Position numbers and translations under genes: made by a program. From IMG/VR virus record IMGVR_UViG_3300022879_000177, positions 1-28,130 of that record: DNA of 28,130 bases; one strand, given 5' to 3'. The DNA comes from a virus (taxonomy: Duplodnaviria > Caudoviricetes). Below the pieces are notes generated by a model. That model saw nothing but the letters and a program-made list of their open reading frames with translations. It made no database searches and was not told where the DNA came from. Positions 26,263 to 28,130 of this stretch are shown here, in pieces; positions within the stretch are counted from its first letter, which is position 1; every line of letters starts with the position of its first letter.

Positions 26263-26766
26263 TCACTGCTTGGGCGAGGTCTTTAGGTAAGTCAGTGCAT
26301 CGCTGAATCGCTGCGCTCGCTCCAGGCTACCAGTCCGGATCGAGCCGAGCTCTCTGCCGTCTTGCCCGCGAATTACCACGGTGAAGCGACTGGACCTGCC
26401 CCGCTTTTGGTAGATGGAAATATCGTCGATGGAATTCAGGTAAATACGCCTGCTGGCGTCTCTCGTCACACTCGTGCTGCTGCCGGCAGCGAAAGCGCCC
26501 GAGCCGAGGGGCGCAGCAGAAGCAAACCCCGTAGCCTCCGAAATCACGCCGTCCGACAAGATGATGACCTTGTCGGTGATCAACACAGACTGGGGTCGGA
26601 ATTTCTTTCCATAGTCCTCAAAAAAAGCCTGCTCGACTAAATCGGCCGCCTGCTGACGATCACTGAATTGTGTAGCAGATGGCGCGTAGCTCACGCGCTG
26701 GCTGCCACATCCCGCGATTGCAAAGGTCAGCAGGATCACTGCACACCATTTAATTCCATTTGACAT
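26263..26766 (-). CDS. moron lipoprotein
   Basis: Signal peptide with lipobox IAGC; antisense in the early operon. Confidence 0.75.
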   Translation of the reverse strand: MSNGIKWCAVILLTFAIAGCGSQRVSYAPSATQFSDRQQAADLVEQAFFEDYGKKFRPQSVLITDKVIILSDGVISEATGFASAAPLGSGAFAAGSSTSVTRDASRRIYLNSIDDISIYQKRGRSSRFTVVIRGQDGRELGSIRTGSLERAQRFSDALTYLKTSPKQ

Positions 26767-26865
26767 GCGACCCCCTGGCTCTGGAAACGAAGCCGGAGAT
26801 TATCCGCGAGCCAATGAATTATCCATAGTCCAACCTGCCGCCACCGGCGGCGTGGAGACCATTCC

Positions 26866-27198
26866 ATGGAAACCCAAAGTACCGGTGACGTCGACAAGGT
26901 CACCGAACAACGCATGGCTGACCTGCTCGGCTGCACCAAGCGCTCCCTGGAGCACCGCCGCCAGCGCGGCACCATTCCCGAAGGCGTCTGGATTAAGCAC
27001 GGCGGCCGGATCATCTACAGCAAGAAGAGGTACGACGAATGGCTGGAAAGCCAATGGATTTACCCTGAGGGATCGAAGTCTTCCGTGGCTCCCTCCGCAT
27101 TCGTTTCACATGGGACGGTATCCGTCGATGTGAAACGCTCCCCTACCCCGCGACACAAAAAGGCGTCAAAGCTGCATCCGTCCTTCGCGATCAGGTAA
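26866..27198 (+). CDS. excisionase-like protein
   Basis: EQRMADLLGCTKRSLE..R..G.IPEGVW winged-HTH-like; overlaps the integrase 5' end. Confidence 0.75.
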   Translation: METQSTGDVDKVTEQRMADLLGCTKRSLEHRRQRGTIPEGVWIKHGGRIIYSKKRYDEWLESQWIYPEGSKSSVAPSAFVSHGTVSVDVKRSPTPRHKKASKLHPSFAIR

Positions 27199-28130
27199 CC
27201 AGCCTTAACAGGCTCGGGCTGTTAGACCAGGACAAATACGCCGAGCTGTTCCCGGGCTCCCAAACAGTGGTCGGCGGCAAGCCGACCTTCGGTGAGTACG
27301 CTCAGCTCTGGCTGGATAGCCGCGAGATCACGCAAGGCACGCACAACAACTACAAGAGCGCATTGAACCTGTATTGGGTGCCGCGCCTGGCCATGGTGCG
27401 TCTCGACCTTATCACCACCACCCTGATCCGGCGCATCATCACCGAAACCGAATGGACCTCGGCGAATGTGAAACGCAATGCGATCACCAGGTTATCGACG
27501 ATCCTGGCCGCCGCCGCGCGCGAAGGTCTGCTGACGAAGAACCCGGCCGAGGTGATCGAGCTGCCGAGGCGGTCGAGAAAGGAGATCGACCCGTTCACGC
27601 TCGACGAAGCCAACACCATCATCGCCAAACTCTACGAGCACAAGCACTGGCCGAGCCGGATTTACGCGGCGCTCTTCGAGTTCATGTTCTTCACAGGTCT
27701 GCGGCTCTCAGAGGCGTTGGCAGTACGATGGGATGTGATCGATGAGGAGAAGAAGACGGTGCACGTCAAGAGGACCGTCGCACTGGGCGAGGTTGAGGAA
27801 AGGACGAAGACAGGGAGGGATCGGTTCGTCCTGTTGAATGAAAGGGCTTTGCGGGCGATCCAGTACGCCAGGGAGTACGCGGAGCGCCGCAAGCATGGGA
27901 AGGGAGCGGTGACCGTGAGCCCGTTCGTGTTCCCGCCATCGAAGAACGCGGAGTACGTGAGGCAAACGTCCGACCTGCACAAGCAATGGGTGCCGGTGCT
28001 CAATGAATTGGGTATCAGGCGTCGGCCCCCATACAACTGCCGTCACACCTATGCGACAATATGCTTAATGTCCGGCCTCAACCCCGCATTTATCGCCCAA
28101 CAGCTGGGTCACAGCGTGCAAATGCTGCTG
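27039..28130 (+). pseudogene. tyrosine integrase with arm-binding domain; nonsense codon at codon 10; cut by the window edge
   Basis: MAGKPMDLP*GIEVFRGSLRIRF...FTGLRLSE...YNCRHTYAT...QLGHS; TGA at 27066-27068, open thereafter. Confidence 0.85.

Larger units (their letters stand above)
4802..28130. mobile_element. defective prophage with Mu-like baseplate module; runs off the right edge
   Basis: Lysis, tail fibre, baseplate, ssb, excisionase and integrase genes; no head, terminase, sheath, replication or repressor genes. Confidence 0.9.

Overview
Pseudomonas-like accessory region made of two related prophages integrated in tandem. The left part (~1280-4834) is a heavily decayed prophage early arm, with integrase, SRAP and IS5 remnants plus small cargo genes. 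At 4802-4834 there is a copy of the first 11 codons of an ABC-F ATPase (ybiT-like), which appears to be the att core at the junction of the two elements. The right part (4802 to beyond the window end) is a defective prophage with Mu-like tail genes. It keeps the lysis genes, baseplate/tail-fibre genes and the early operon. A large deletion at ~16200 removed the rest of the tail and apparently the head, packaging, replication and repressor genes, and the integrase has a nonsense codon at codon 10. Its cargo includes a GT-C-like membrane protein, a PL7 alginate-lyase-like protein, a TIR protein and several antisense morons. The most unusual structure is at 4952-7322: eight 24-bp quasi-palindromic units on an exact 34-bp period, in three clusters. 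They bracket two AT-rich genes (a class III nucleotide-cyclase-like protein and an unknown beta-rich protein) as if each were a cassette with inverted ends. All family calls are from motif recognition by eye; no searches were run.
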